A stretch of DNA of 64,000 nt from Chrysomallon squamiferum. Its lineage: Eukaryota > Animalia > Mollusca. Below, in pieces: positions 15,463-31,383 of the stretch. Made by a program: the position numbers and the translations under genes. Positions within the stretch are counted from its first letter, which is position 1, and the number at the start of each line of letters is the position of its first letter. The stretch spans positions 2,790,001-2,854,000 of the forward strand of contig CM022674.1 of assembly GCA_012295275.1 (NCBI GenBank), in the 5' to 3' direction. The notes under the pieces are model-generated. The model searched no databases, was not told the origin of the DNA, and saw only the letters and a program-made list of their open reading frames with translations.

Positions 15463-16208
15463 TTCAAAAATCATCTATGGATCTCTTTTACATAGACACG
15501 GACTCAGATTCTCAAGAAATCTTTCCTATGTAAAAATAGGTTTTCGAATGTAAAAATGTATCACGTGATGTTACGCGGAGTAATCAGGTGCGTGGTTTTA
15601 GGCCTCAGTGCATGTGAGGTTTATGAAACTGAGACCTCCCTTCATCTGCCAGACACACAACACAGCAGATCTGTGAACCTGCACCTGACGTAAACACGTA
15701 AATTAACACTTTTACAGCAGCAGTTCTGTAATCCACAAAACTGTGGAGTGGACAGCATAACATCACTGGAAAACAAAAACAAAAAACGAAATCATCAGCA
15801 TATGTCTGTGTGTGTATTTGTCTGTGTATGAGCATGTGCATATGTGTCTTTCTGTATGTACGCTTAGAACAAATTGAACTTAATTTATATATATATATAT
15901 CAAAGGTCCATCACTTAGCAACGACATCAACAACGTGTTTTAACGGACAATACGCCAGCGACACAATTCTAGAATCTGTACACTGTTGCCCTGTCTCGCT
16001 GAGATTAATGTGCTTTGCTGCATTATTACTTGATTTATGTGAAGTCTGGTCTTAGCGCTTGTAAAAATAAAACAATACATTACTTCGTGAATCTTTGTTA
16101 CAAATGGAAGTGGTATTACCGAAATATCCAGCAATAAATTACTGTATTAGGCGAATGGAAATTGTTTGTCAGTTAATTGTAAATTTCTTATTCTCTCTCT
16201 GTCAATCG

Positions 16209-16312
<104 letters not shown>

Positions 16313-18415
16313 TCTACATATGTGTGTGTGTTTATAGAGACAGAGAGAGAGAAAGAGAGAGACAAAGAGACAAACCTATTACATATGAACATATACGTAC
16401 GTACACATATACACACACAGAGGCAGAAAGACAAATAACAGACAGGTAGATAGGAAGAATGGATAGATGACGACGATGATGATGACAGTGATAGCAACTA
16501 CAACGACGATGGTGTTAATGATGATAATAATTATAATAGTAATAACAAAGATGAAGTGATGACGATGAAGTCAGCAGTGTCAACGATGTTGATGAGATCG
16601 ATGATAATTATTATAATTACGATGACAATTATGAAGATGCTGATGATGACGAAATATACGAAATTTTCGAATAAAGTCCAGTACTTTTCATAAAACAGCA
16701 AACTTGTTGTTTCGATTATTTTTTTCCACTATTATGTTTGTTGTTTTTTTTAAATTTGTCAATCCTAACATTAGTTAAAAACAAAAGCTGGTAGAAGCAA
16801 ACAGTGTTCGTTTATTCTTGTCTCACGAGTATTTTAATCAGTCGACATTCCATTTACAAACCAGCATAAACTTCTTTAAGTGAGGATATTCGCAGAACGT
16901 GCTGGTCCTCATATCAATATCACTCAATCGATTGGGCGAAAAACAACCTTTGCGTTACTGATAACCAAAGCAGTTGTAGGCTGCTTTTACAAATCTTTCG
17001 TTTCGTAAAGGTAAAAAGAAAGAAAGAAAATAAAAAAAAAAAGAAAAAGAATCCGGATATTGTTGGAACTCTTTTGTTTGCGGAAGGCGATTCTGGATTT
17101 ATTCCAATGACTGAGAGAACTCTTTTATTGAAAGAGGTTTGAAAATGAGCGCTGGAGAAGCTGTTAATTATGTTGTCGGATCAAGAACTGGTTAATACGT
17201 TTTGATGAACGACTTCTAGGTGAAGCGATTAAAGTAAGTTATTAATATTTACGTTTATTTATAATTTGCTATACGGTGTTAAAAAAAAAAAAAAAATCTT
17301 GTTTAGACTACATTGCTACTGGTTTTGTTGTTGTTGTTTCTTCTTGCTCTTGTTTTTTTTTTTTTTTCCTATTTGTTATTGTCGTTACTGTTGTCATCAT
17401 AACGGAATCAGAAAAAAAGCCTCCTGCATTATCATTAAAAAATAACAAGAATAAACGATTAACAAAATGTTGTCGGTACAACGTATTAAATCATAAATAC
17501 AAAAACTCAGCGAGCGACCAAGAAACGAAAGGAGAATTTATTATTTAGTGCATCACAACTTCAGCCTGTCTGTCGTCTTTCACTTAAACCGAATTCGTTT
17601 TTATCCATCTCGGCCGCTAAATCTACATTTGCTTTTATTGAACGTTGTTACTGAGGTCGTAAACCGACAGTGATTGTGAACAAAACTACTTCTTGGCAGT
17701 GATGTAGAGATTTTTTAACTGCAGATTGGTAGCCGGAGATATTGCACGTGTTTCGTGATAAACTGTTCGGTTTAATGGCGATCGTCGTCTTAAATCGTGC
17801 ACGTGTTTGCCGTTAGCGCGTCACTTTTAGCGGTGACGTCCTTCACCTTTCGTCGAATTAAGAGTGATTAAGTAGGAACAGAAGCGAATAGTTTTCTCTA
17901 ACTGTGTCCAGTTAATCGTTTTCGATGGACATCGATTGCTGGGCTTGTAAATCTTGCCATGATAGGCCACCGAGAAACAGACGACGTAAACAAGACGAAA
18001 CTTTTCGAAACAGGTGTGAGTGCGTTTTGATGAATGTGATTGTGTCGACGTTAAACAGTTAATTAGTAAGAACAGTGTAATAGTAATTAGCAGGAGATGA
18101 CCGGGAAACGAAACCAAGAGTAAATTTTGGTTAAAGACGTGTAGAAATTTCTTATCCATTCAGCTAAAACTATTGTGTTAGTTTTGAAAGAAAAGAAATG
18201 TGGTATTTTCTGCAAAGGAACATTTAAAAGCGTACTGTAAATAAAATACATACGTGGATGAACATAAACAAAGAGAAAGATTATAAGAAACGAATACACA
18301 ACCAAATTATAACAAAATAAATAAATTAATGTAATATATATACAAATCCATACACAGAGACACACACACACACACATATATATAAACATAACGAATACCT
18401 GCAGTTTTCAAACAT

Positions 18416-18463
<48 letters not shown>

Positions 18464-18508
18464 TTTTTTTCGATGTATGTATATGCGTACATTGTGTGTA
18501 TACACGTT

Positions 18509-18547
<39 letters not shown>

Positions 18548-18934
18548 ACACACAATAAATTAATTCTCATAGGCATTATGTGTCCTCAGAGATACGTAAT
18601 CTTTCCTAGAAGTACATTTATTTCATCCAATGAAACGAAACCACCATCACGATCTATATTCAATTATTGGTGAGTTACGCTTAACGTTTGTTTAAACTCG
18701 TGTGTTATTTACACAGTCTCCTGATGTGAACGATAACATCATGTTTGTTTGCCTAGAGAAAATGCAGAAAAAATGTGTTGATTATTTATTTCCAGTCCAC
18801 AACAGATTCTTTTTCTCTTTATTTTTTTGTTTTCTTCTACTCCCTACAGCGATATTAAGTCGCTGAAAGCAAATAAAACGTTCAAGACGAATAATTACCT
18901 AGGCTAGTCGAAACACACAATAAGCGCTTATTTT

Positions 18935-19001
<67 letters not shown>

Positions 19002-19310
19002 GAAAAAGAAAAAGAATTAAAAGAAGAGAAGAAACAAGATAAAATAAATAGTCTAAATGAAAAATGAGGTTATCCAGTGCGAAACCATTCACAGTCACTT
19101 CGGAATTGAACTTGTGTGTATAAACGACCGATGCGATCGAAACTCTACACGTTTGCACTTTTGTTATATTAGACACTTCTGAATGTGTAATCAAAGATGT
19201 TTTCGTACTACTTTGTTGTCTGAGAAAATTTCGAATTTTTTGTATTTTTTTTTAAAAGCAAAATTCTGTCTTGTCTGTATCTCCCTACCTCGGTATGAGA
19301 AATATGTGAG

Positions 19311-19343
<33 letters not shown>

Positions 19344-19505
19344 CTGTCTTTTGCTCCTCTTCGTCTCATTCTTTTCTTGTTCTCTGATGTGTCCGTGTAC
19401 GTCTACGTGTGTGTCTGCTTTTGTGTCTCTCTTTCTTTCCTTTTATCTCCCAGTCTTTTCTTGTTCTCTGATGTATAACAGACACGTCACTTCAGAAATA
19501 CTGTA

Positions 19506-19646
<141 letters not shown>

Positions 19647-20177
19647 GTCTGTACAGCTCGTATCTGTCTCTTGGTCTGCTGGCTGTTTGTCGCAGTTTGT
19701 GTTCTTCTTGCTCGAGGTGTGTGGTATTTATCTACTTTTTGATCGACGTAAGAACGGACAGAAAATACAACATAACTCTTCACCATCGCGCCTCCGGGGT
19801 GACTTCTGTTTCAAAATGGCCGTTTGTCGTCTGCGTTAGATTGCGATCAAAGGTTAAAAACATTTTTCTGTAAGAAGACAGATTAAGAAGGTCAGGAATA
19901 TTAAGGGACAAGAAACTCAAAGATGTAAAAAAAAAAAAAAAAAAAAAAAACGTCGTTAGAAATGATGAATTTTAAATGAAGTGATTTCATAAAAAGAGAA
20001 AAAAAACTAAATCTGCAAATTCTCTCTTTCCGTCTCTTTTTCTCTGTCCTTTTCTCAGTCTTTTTCTCTCTCTCTCTCATTCTGTCTTTCTTTATTTCAT
20101 TCCCTTTTTTATTTCGTTCTTTTTCTCTTTCTGTCGTTCTCTCCTCTCGTTCTTTCTCTCTTTCTCTCTTTCTCTCT

Positions 20178-20311
<134 letters not shown>

Positions 20312-20380
20312 ATCTCTCTCTGTCTGTCTTTCAAACACGTATGTAATACACACACACTTAGATGGAGAGAAATTCAGTGG

Positions 20381-20419
<39 letters not shown>

Positions 20420-21303
20420 TTCGATTTTATATCAGCCACATGTTCTGTTATGTCTGAAAGATGGCAGCTTCCAGCAAAGTGTGTGGCAGCCCGTGTGTTT
20501 TTTTTATCAGTGAATTTCGCCAAATTGGCCCTCGTCTGCCGTCAAGATTTGTTTCCTTCGGAACAACGCTATAATGTGGACGTCAGAGCCGCATGTATAG
20601 CTCGCACCCTGAATTTCAATTATGCATAATTATCGTGGGATTAACAGGTGCAAGGTCTGTCTGTGTGTGTGTGTGTATGTGTGTATGTATGTGTGTCTGT
20701 GTGTGTGTGTTTGGATGCATTCGGCATAGATAAACAGCAACAACAACAGTAACTACAACAATACAAAACAGTTTACCTTCCATAAGGCTACCATCGTTTT
20801 CTTTTCTCTGCACCAGAACGGAGACAATCGGATGACGTAATACTATTATCATTACGTCATTGTCGTTAACAGGCGTTACGTTTGTTGTTTAACGTGATAG
20901 ACAGTGAAAGAGAAATACGTACGCAAATTATTGTTTATTTTAAAGATTAATGTTATATAGTTACTTCGAAATAAGGGACTTTTTTGTCATTATTCTGAAA
21001 TAACGTTTTTGAATCCTGTTTGCTGCAAAGCTGGATGTCATCATAACGACTGAAAAGAAATCACAGAGCATGTTTATTTAACATCTTTTCTTGTTAATTC
21101 TGTGGCAGAGGTTTGAGAAAAGCAAATAACAATTTACGAAACGGAATATAATAATAACACAGATTAGTTTTGACAACTCGATATTGTGGGTTGAACAATG
21201 TTTTAGCAACTAAATATAAAAATGTCAGGGTTTTGATAGCAAGCTGACATCGGCTGTTATTTCAAACAGTAGCTTTTTGTTTCAGCATCCGTCAAAACTG
21301 TAT

Positions 21304-21413
<110 letters not shown>

Positions 21414-22943
21414 TGTTATTATTACTGTTGGTATTGTTGTTGTTATTGTTGCTGTTTATTTGTTTGTTGCTCAATTTATTTTGTTTTTGTTTCATATCCG
21501 TTCTCATTCTATATTTCTATTATCAAAGCAAACCATTGCGCTGAATCTAATGCACAGAATACCAAACAGCACACAACTCTTTAAATTCTGTTAAAGATAA
21601 ACGAAGCAGTTTGATAAACAAACGTCTCTGTAGTTAAATGAAAATCTTTCTATTTTACGTATTCGACTCTTTCTTAGCCTTCTGTTTAAATCATTCGGCT
21701 AAAAACTGATTCCAGCGTTGGGCCAGCCCTATCCATGCAACAACACAGGCATGCATGTTAAAGACATTTCAACGCCAGCAGAAAACCAATTAATGTTCTT
21801 TAATGCTGCCATTCTTTTGGGAGGGAAAAAAAGAAGAAGAAGAAAAAGAAAATAAAAGAAAACTACATTAATCACCAAAACCTCAGCGAGTTGGACTGAC
21901 GAGGAGAAAAGTAATGGAATGTGTCCGAGAAACGACATGACGTAGAACTATGAAACAGAGGTTAAAGATGTAGGTTACGTTTCTTGGCGACAACATGACG
22001 TCATCACAGTGACGTCATTAAACAAAACCGATCTTTTTGTAGGCCTCTGTTCTGTTGAACGTACTCTTTGACTGTTCGCGTTTGTTGAAATCGTACTTAA
22101 TTAATATTCATTAAAAGTCGTTACTGCGGGGCTTCCAGAGGTTTTAAACAGCAATGTATTAACTTACTGAGATCACGCTGTCATGAAAATAAAACTAAGT
22201 ACCTCCAATTATATCGCTTTCCTGCTATGATGTTAACAAGATGCAAATAAAGGATCGAATATCGACTTCTGAAGTAACTTTTCTGATAGCCCAATAAACC
22301 GTTTCTTGTTGTAAAGATTGTGCAATTTTTATACGTTAGATAAAAGTTATCTTTGCGCCTTTAAAGGCCAGCTTACCCATTATGTTTATCACGAAACAGC
22401 CGTTTGACGAAACGCAATAAAAACAAGATCAAGAAAAAGATTAGAGAATTTTGACGATAAAAGTCTTTTCAGTTTGTTTTTTTTTTCCTTTTTTTCTGTT
22501 TTTCAGTTTAATATGAAATTACCTTATTTCTGTTTTTTTCGATAATAGGAACAGTTTTATGTCTCTCTCTCACTGTCTCTCTATTTTTATTTATTTCAAA
22601 GATAATAATAAAAATTTCTATCACAAACAGTGAAGAAATGATGCAGCCGTTAATGCAGTACAAATTATCTCCTAGAAATTCAAACCGGTTTTCCTTTTTT
22701 TCCTCTTAAAATTATTTTATTTACCTTCAGCAATAATAAACAGAATCAATAATAAAATATATTTCATAAAATAATAATAATAACAAATGAAAATAAAAAT
22801 AATAATAATAATAAAAAAAGAATAATAATAATAATAATAAATAAAAATACAAATAAATAAGAGCACATATTAAGACGTTTCTCTTTAGTTTTCTGGCTGA
22901 AATAGTTTAGAATAATAGAGCAGGTAAAGGCTATTGGGCGTTT

Positions 22944-22981
<38 letters not shown>

Positions 22982-23288
22982 CAAAATCTTGGTATAACAA
23001 CATCTGAATTAACAGGAAATGAATTTCTTTCAGAAATAATGATCTTTTGACCTTGATGTCAAACTTTACTCTTGCGAAATATCCTTAGGCAGAAATCGAT
23101 TTTATTTATTTATTTATTTATTTGAAAACATACAAAAACACACACACACACACACACAAACACACTCATTTTCGCTTAAAAACATTAATAAAATAAGATA
23201 GATAGACAGACAGATAAATAAATGTTAAGTCATAATAAACTATAACAAAAAAAAAAGAGTTATATATGTATTTATGTGAAAAAAAACA

Positions 23289-23289
<1 letters not shown>

Positions 23290-23319
<30 letters not shown>

Positions 23320-23345
23320 AATAAATAAATAAAATAATAAACAAA

Positions 23346-23376
<31 letters not shown>

Positions 23377-23419
23377 AATAAATAAATAAATAAATAAATA
23401 AAATAAAATAATAAACAAA

Positions 23420-23454
<35 letters not shown>

Positions 23455-23480
23455 AATAAATAAATAAAACAAAATAAAAT
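23290..23480. repeat. (AAAT)n tetranucleotide tract with higher-order interruptions
   Basis: Direct reading; source of the 'LFIYLFIY' ORFs. Confidence 0.95.
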
Positions 23481-23758
23481 AATCAAAGATACCGAGGTTT
23501 TCTTGGGTTTTTATTTTTATTATTATTTTTATTTTTGTTTCACCATTTATCGACTTACTTACATCAGAAAGGTATATCTGTGTATCTTGAGATGTTGCCT
23601 GGCAACGGGGTAACACAAATGAAGAAACATCATCTCTTGTGTTAATTAATAATAAGTTAGTCTAGACATTGTCAATGAATAATTGACGAAGATGTTGTAA
23701 CGTTACAGGAATCAAGACTGTCTTCTGCGTATATCTGTTGTATAAACCTAAAAACTCA

Positions 23759-23799
<41 letters not shown>

Positions 23800-23821
23800 A
23801 AAAACACACACATATATATTC

Positions 23822-23882
<61 letters not shown>

Positions 23883-23903
23883 CATAAATACATACATATA
23901 TAC

Positions 23904-23934
<31 letters not shown>

Positions 23935-24117
23935 CACACAGAGACATATATACGCACACACATACACACACATATGTTTAATATACATATATACATATAC
24001 ACACAAAAACACTCATATATATATATATATGGTGCTAGAACTATACTACTATTACTGCTACTAATATGTTACAAAAATCAGTTCCCTGCTACTGTTGATA
24101 TGTTTATAAACATAAAC

Positions 24118-24188
<71 letters not shown>

Positions 24189-24720
24189 AAGAAGAAGAAG
24201 AATGGAAATAGCAATAGTAACAACAATGACAACAACAACAGCAACAACCGGAGAAAAATAACACAAATAATAAAAAAAGGGGAGGAATCTAGAAAGTAAT
24301 GATTTTGCGATTCAGAGCATGAATCAAATAAAGTGCAGAGTAAATATTCCCAGCGCCTCAGAAACTATTCATCTTTTTCCAAACGGCTTCTCGATTTGTG
24401 GTCAATTTACAGTAAACCGGTAAATCTTCCTGGGTTCAATTCATCCCGAACGGCTATTAAATTGCTATACTGCACCCCTGACTATTACCGTCTTTATCAG
24501 AGGACTGTTATTGTGTCGACAAAGTCAGTCGGAACATTCTCATAGTCGATTATTACTTGTTACTGTAAGACGATGTTTCGAACAACGTAATTAAATGTTA
24601 ATTTTGGTGTCACTTGACGTTCTTGGTTTCAAAGAAAGTTCGTGTGTGAATGTTTCTGTAACCGAAGTCATCTTTTGATACCTAAGTTCATCTATACATG
24701 AAATAGAAAATGTTTGTCTA

Positions 24721-24814
<94 letters not shown>

Positions 24815-25169
24815 CTTTCAATCCTACGTCTCTGTCAATCTATAATCATGTAGCTCTGTGTGTTTCTTTTCTCTTCCTCTGAACTTAGAAAGACACATAA
24901 ATATATAGACAGATCGATAGATGGCTGGACAGATGGATGATAGATAGATTAATAGATAGATAAATAAATGAATAGATTAGATTCACAAACACACACACAC
25001 ACACAACATATACCTTTATTATTATTATTATTATTATTATTATCATCATCATCATCATCATCATCATCATTATTATTATTATCATTATTATTATTATTAT
25101 TATTATTATCATCATCATTATTATTATTATTATTATTATTATCATCATCATCATTATTATTATTATTAC

Positions 25170-25212
<43 letters not shown>

Positions 25213-25779
25213 AACACAAAAAGAAAATGAAGAGAGAAAAACAGAGAGAAAGAGATTGAAACTGACACTGGTAAAGATTACACAACACACAGACATATGA
25301 AATAAAACACATGAAATAAAATAAACCATTAACGTACTTAGATATCTCAGTAACACTCAGTACCAAGAGATTCATGAAGAATTATATTGCTTTATTATTA
25401 CAGATCGTTAAGATCAGAATTCACATAAAACAAATAACAATGCATTAAATCCCATTAATCTTTGCGAGGCGGCGCTGCAGTGTTCAGATTTCGTTAGTTA
25501 CAGATCCGATGTTGGTTAAAGCATAATTAAGGTTACTAATCGTAATGAAACGATAACCTCTGATATAAATGTGTGTTTTTGTTGTTGTTTTTTGTTGATT
25601 TTTCTATAAGAAGAGATATTGGTGCGTATTTCATGAAAGTAAATGAGATAAATGTGTGATTGCTAATCGTTAAGTGGACAGTTTTATATCGTGATTAATT
25701 ACACCAATTTTTTAAACAAATAAAATATATAGGAAATAATAATAAAAATTTACAACAAAAAATAAAAATAAAAAATAAA

Positions 25780-25847
<68 letters not shown>

Positions 25848-26408
25848 TTTTAATAATAATAATAATAAAATAAAACTTACTGTTTTCTTAGGGGTTATAT
25901 ATCTTTTATTCTATTTTTCTTAATGTTTTTCATTTTATATTCATCTTGCTTTTCTTTCATTTATTTTTTATTTTCTTTTCTTTTTTATTCTTTCTTTCTG
26001 GCCACGATTTTTTTTTTTTTTTCATTCCTTGAATCTTTTATTTTTTATTTTTTATTTTTTATTTTTATTGTTTTTTCTATTAGTTCTTTATTTCTTTTCT
26101 TTCCCTAGCAGCTTCTTATAGCTTTTCCTAATGCATTTCCCTTTGCTTACAGATCTGTGTTTGAATCTCAGCAGTGTACTGCTGGTTTCAGGCATCACTG
26201 GTTGAAAGATCAGTCTTCCTCTTTACTCGTTTTCAAATGTTTCCCCTTCTAGCCAGTGTTCATTATGGTCTGTCATTTTTTTTTTCGACATCTTTTTGTT
26301 TCATCTTCCTTCGCTCTTTTTTACTAGTATTAAATCATATTGCCAGTTATAAACAGTTAATTTTATATGATTTAAAATATGAAAAAAAATAAATAAATAA
26401 ATAAAAAT

Positions 26409-26547
<139 letters not shown>

Positions 26548-27496
26548 CGTCCTTCCCATGAGTAACTCTGTCTTTAAACAAACACAGTAATCCCTCGGCT
26601 TATTTAACATGCATTTATTAACGTCACAAAACTGTTTTTAACTATTTACTATCAAAGAATTTATGTGTAATTCAAATAGGTGTTTGTTTTGATATAGGTG
26701 TCGTCGAAGAAACGGTTAATGCAATGCGACAATTATTAACGTGCCTGCAACCGTGTAAACCAATAAAACAAACAAGTCAGGAACACGATCTACCGTCAAA
26801 TCGACTCTTATTTATGTCTGGGACAGCAGAGGCAATTTTGCTAAATTCTACTTTACCAAAAGGCACATGAATCAACGGGTTTTAACTGCCGTTACTGAGT
26901 TAAACAGAGGTTAATAACGAGTACAGTGTTATTTTATATAACGATCAATAAAACTGATTTTATGAAATTATGTAAGAAGACGAATAAGCAGTGAAATCGT
27001 AAAGATATTTTCTAACCTTTATGCTTTCTTGGTTTTTTTTTTTTTTTTCTTAAAAAAAAAAATTTAAAGTTCATATATCAGTCAGCTGTCTTGCATTTAG
27101 AAAAACTTTAATTGAAAATTTGGCAAAGAGCCCTTCTGAATAAATACTCTGTTGTGTAAATTTGTTAGTTAAAAGTGTTTTTTTGAGACATGCACGGCTA
27201 GTTTAGAACGCAACGAACTGAAAATCACTTTTCTTGTGTCTGATCACTGACGTTGGATCCTTGTGCTTGTTGGTTTCACGGACCTGTGACCGTGACATTG
27301 ACACTCGCAGTAAAACAGAATTGGTTGTTGAGTGCATAAAAGAGTGCATCAGTTGAATTCTGAACTTACTCGTTCTGTCAGTTCTCTTTTTAACGTATAT
27401 CATTATCAATAAAACGGATAATTTGTAGATTGTAACAATATTCAGGCACATAGATATACATAGATTCAGAGAGACTGTTAGAGAGAGAGAGAAAAA

Positions 27497-27597
<101 letters not shown>

Positions 27598-28699
27598 AGG
27601 CAGATACCAATGATATATGAAAATTGAGAACTTGAAACTCTAACAGAATGAAAGACTGAAGGAGACAGAGAAAAAAAAAAAAAAAAAAAAAACAAATAAC
27701 AACAACTACAACAACAAAAGAAAAAAAAAACTAAACAAACAGCTACAAGAAAAAAAGAAAAAAAAAAAAAAAAAACACCAAATAAAACCCCCAACAAAAC
27801 CAAACAAGGAAAATAAATGATGAAAGAAATGAGTGAAAAGAAAGAGACGGAGAAGAAAGATACAAACGGAGACTAACTCAGATGGTGAAAAGAAAAGCGA
27901 GTGAGTAGTTAATAAAGTATCTGCTATTTCATTTCGTTTCGTTCCATCGCAGCTATCAAATTTGATTACAGCGATTGTGCCGAGCAGACCTCGGGCATGG
28001 CATGAAGTCGAATTGTCTTGACAGACCTAATAATTAGACAGTTCACTGCCTCCTTCAGGTCGTAAAGAAATATTTCATCGTCCAGTTTATTTGATAAACA
28101 GTTGCCAAGTGCTAAGCTTTGTTCTGGCTTGTGTGATGAAATACTTGGTAAATCAGACCTTGCCGCGAATTAAAAATAACAAAACAAAACAAAACCAAAA
28201 TCATATTCGGAAACAGTCGGAAATAATCGGAAACAATCGGACGCAAGCGCGTGTTGTTATTTTTTTTTTTCCGATAAGTCGGTTCTTAAGCTGAAACGAA
28301 TGTTAGGTTTTAATTGTATGGTGCCTAATGCAAATAGATGGCCATCCAAATGGAAATTTCTTTACGACAAGAGTTTAAATTGACTGCAGAAATGTTTTGC
28401 TTTTGCCGCAGTTAAAATGTCAATAACTTGTCCAAACTGATATTGCGCTTTATCGGAACACCAGTCGATGTGACTTGCTATGGTTTTTGGGACCGAAAGC
28501 TCGGTGTTTCTGATGGTGTTATCTCGTCGCTGTTATTTGCCTGTCACTCTCGCAGTTGCAGTGTTTTAAACGTGATTAGTTTTCGGATAGATATGACATT
28601 TGTTATCGGCGTCGCTATGGATTTGTATCATCACTTGTTACTGTCGTTAATCGATAGACCTGCAACAGACATGGCGTGTGGGTGTTTATTTGCGAAACG

Positions 28700-28990
<291 letters not shown>

Positions 28991-30047
28991 CACACACACA
29001 TAACTGTTACTGATAGTGTTATTGTTATCATTTTAATATCATCATTATCATCATCGCCATCATTTCCATCATAATCATCGTCAAGTACTGAATACATTTT
29101 TGTTTCTTATTTTCTTGTTATTTCTACTTTAATGATCATGTCCATTTTGTTTTCGCAAACCTTTCTTCATCTCTTCCTTCTTTGTAGTTTCATTTCCTCT
29201 TTTTCCTGTCCTAACATTCATTCATCCATTCATCCATCCATCCCTCCATCAATCCATCGATCCAACCATTAATCAATCGTCCACGCATCTAACCATTCAA
29301 CCATTCAGCCATCTAAACATCCTTTATAATTTTCAGTTTGTTCCTCTACAGTAACAGTGCTGTAATTAGCAAGACGAAATCACAAAAGAACACACAACAC
29401 CAGCACAAGTACATGTGTATTTGTCTCCGTCTGTGTCTGTCTGTCTGTCTTCTTGTCTCATAATCTTTTTTAATTTCCTCAATCGTTTCTCTTTTTCACT
29501 CCTCACTAAACATTTTATTTCACGCTCCAGTATCAAAATTACATTATCCAGCTTTGCAATGAATTTAATAGTCTCTGTTATAAAATGAAAAATCACGTTT
29601 TTTATTTTCTTCTCTCTTTATTTTTTCTCTTTCTCTCTCAACCTTTTCAAAACAAAATTAACAAATAAGTCACCTTCACGTCTGCTAATTTGGCAACGTT
29701 TTTAAACAGTGATAATATCTTAAACGGCACGAGAGAGAGAGATATTTAAAGGTTTCCTAAAACCGCCGATCTAGTCTGCACGCAGACAGCGGAAATTACC
29801 GAGAATTGTCGTCACACTTACCAGCAGCTGATTGGCTGCTCACTTTCGTCTCGTCTGGTTAAAGAGAATGAACACTTCACCTCTTGCTCCGATGGTCATT
29901 CGGCTAATAATGTCTCGACAATCACCAACGGTAATTTGATTAAGACGCTGCTATATTTAGATGTTTTGAGATTAAAATTTGTCTAAACGACGGAAGGAAT
30001 ATTTTCTGTTAGAAGCTGACATCCAAGAGGTATAATTGAAGTAAGAT

Positions 30048-30082
<35 letters not shown>

Positions 30083-30275
30083 AAGATGAAAGAGTTAAAG
30101 AGAGGTTATTTTGGATATATTTGTCTGTTTCATGGTTTACAGTCTTGATCTTAACACTGATATTTTTATTAGTAAATTTATTTATATATGGTGTTGGTCT
30201 CTCTGTTTATTTGCATGAATGTATGCACTTACAAATGTACCTGCGTATGTACGTATGTACGTGTGTGTGTCTGTA

Positions 30276-30404
<129 letters not shown>

Positions 30405-31020
30405 GATATTATGACTACATACATTTCTGTTTTTTGGGGCACTGATCATAAATAGAATTTTTTGGGGTCGGGACAGTTTTTACGTGGATAAATTACACAC
30501 ACATCGTACAAAAAAGCTAGTTTAGGTCTGATAATAATAATAATAATATTAAAACCAGCATTTTATTTACAAAATCACACATAAATTGTTATTTTTGACG
30601 AAGGCGTGAATTTATTACTCTCTCTCGAGAGAGGGGTAAGCTCAGAAATATAGCAGTTCATTTAGATTTTGTATTATTTACGATTCCAGGATGAAAAGGA
30701 ACAACAGGCTACTGTCTTAAGATTACCAGCTTTATTCTGCTGCATTCGAAACTATACACTAACCTTCGCAGTATAAAGCCGACGTCATAACAACAGTAAC
30801 ATCTGAAGCTACACACGCATATAACTCGAATCTCTATCATGTTTAGCTTGAATTACGCGATAAGTATTAAAACACTCTCCGTCCAGTTGGTCTAACATTG
30901 CCAATGGGATCACAACACATGACTTTTGCTAAGGAAATTTAAATAACTTACGCCGAGGCTTTTTAATTCAGTGGTATTCTATGCCACGTTGTCCTCATTT
31001 CCTTGAACATTAACTTTTAT

Positions 31021-31061
<41 letters not shown>

Positions 31062-31320
31062 CGCTGAAACTCTGTCCCATGGTTGTTTGCCGAACTCTTG
31101 AAATGGGACAATAAACGGAACTTAAATCCAGCAATTAGGTAATTGGACAGACGATACGTCTAACACGGACACTGGCGAACGTTTGCAGAGTAGTCGGGAT
31201 CGACTTGCGTGCATCGTTAGCATCAATTAAAGGAGGAGAAAAAAGATTATGTGAGATCAATAAACACGAATTCAGAGTAAATGAAGTTTTTCATAACTGA
31301 AGCAACAACCAGTTTTCTAC

Positions 31321-31383
<63 letters not shown>

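Noticed and set aside
29932-29942. Paired-homeodomain P3 palindromes TAATNNNATTA (also ~40147 and ~49675)
   Set aside because: Expected frequently by chance in DNA this AT-rich; not individually supportable.
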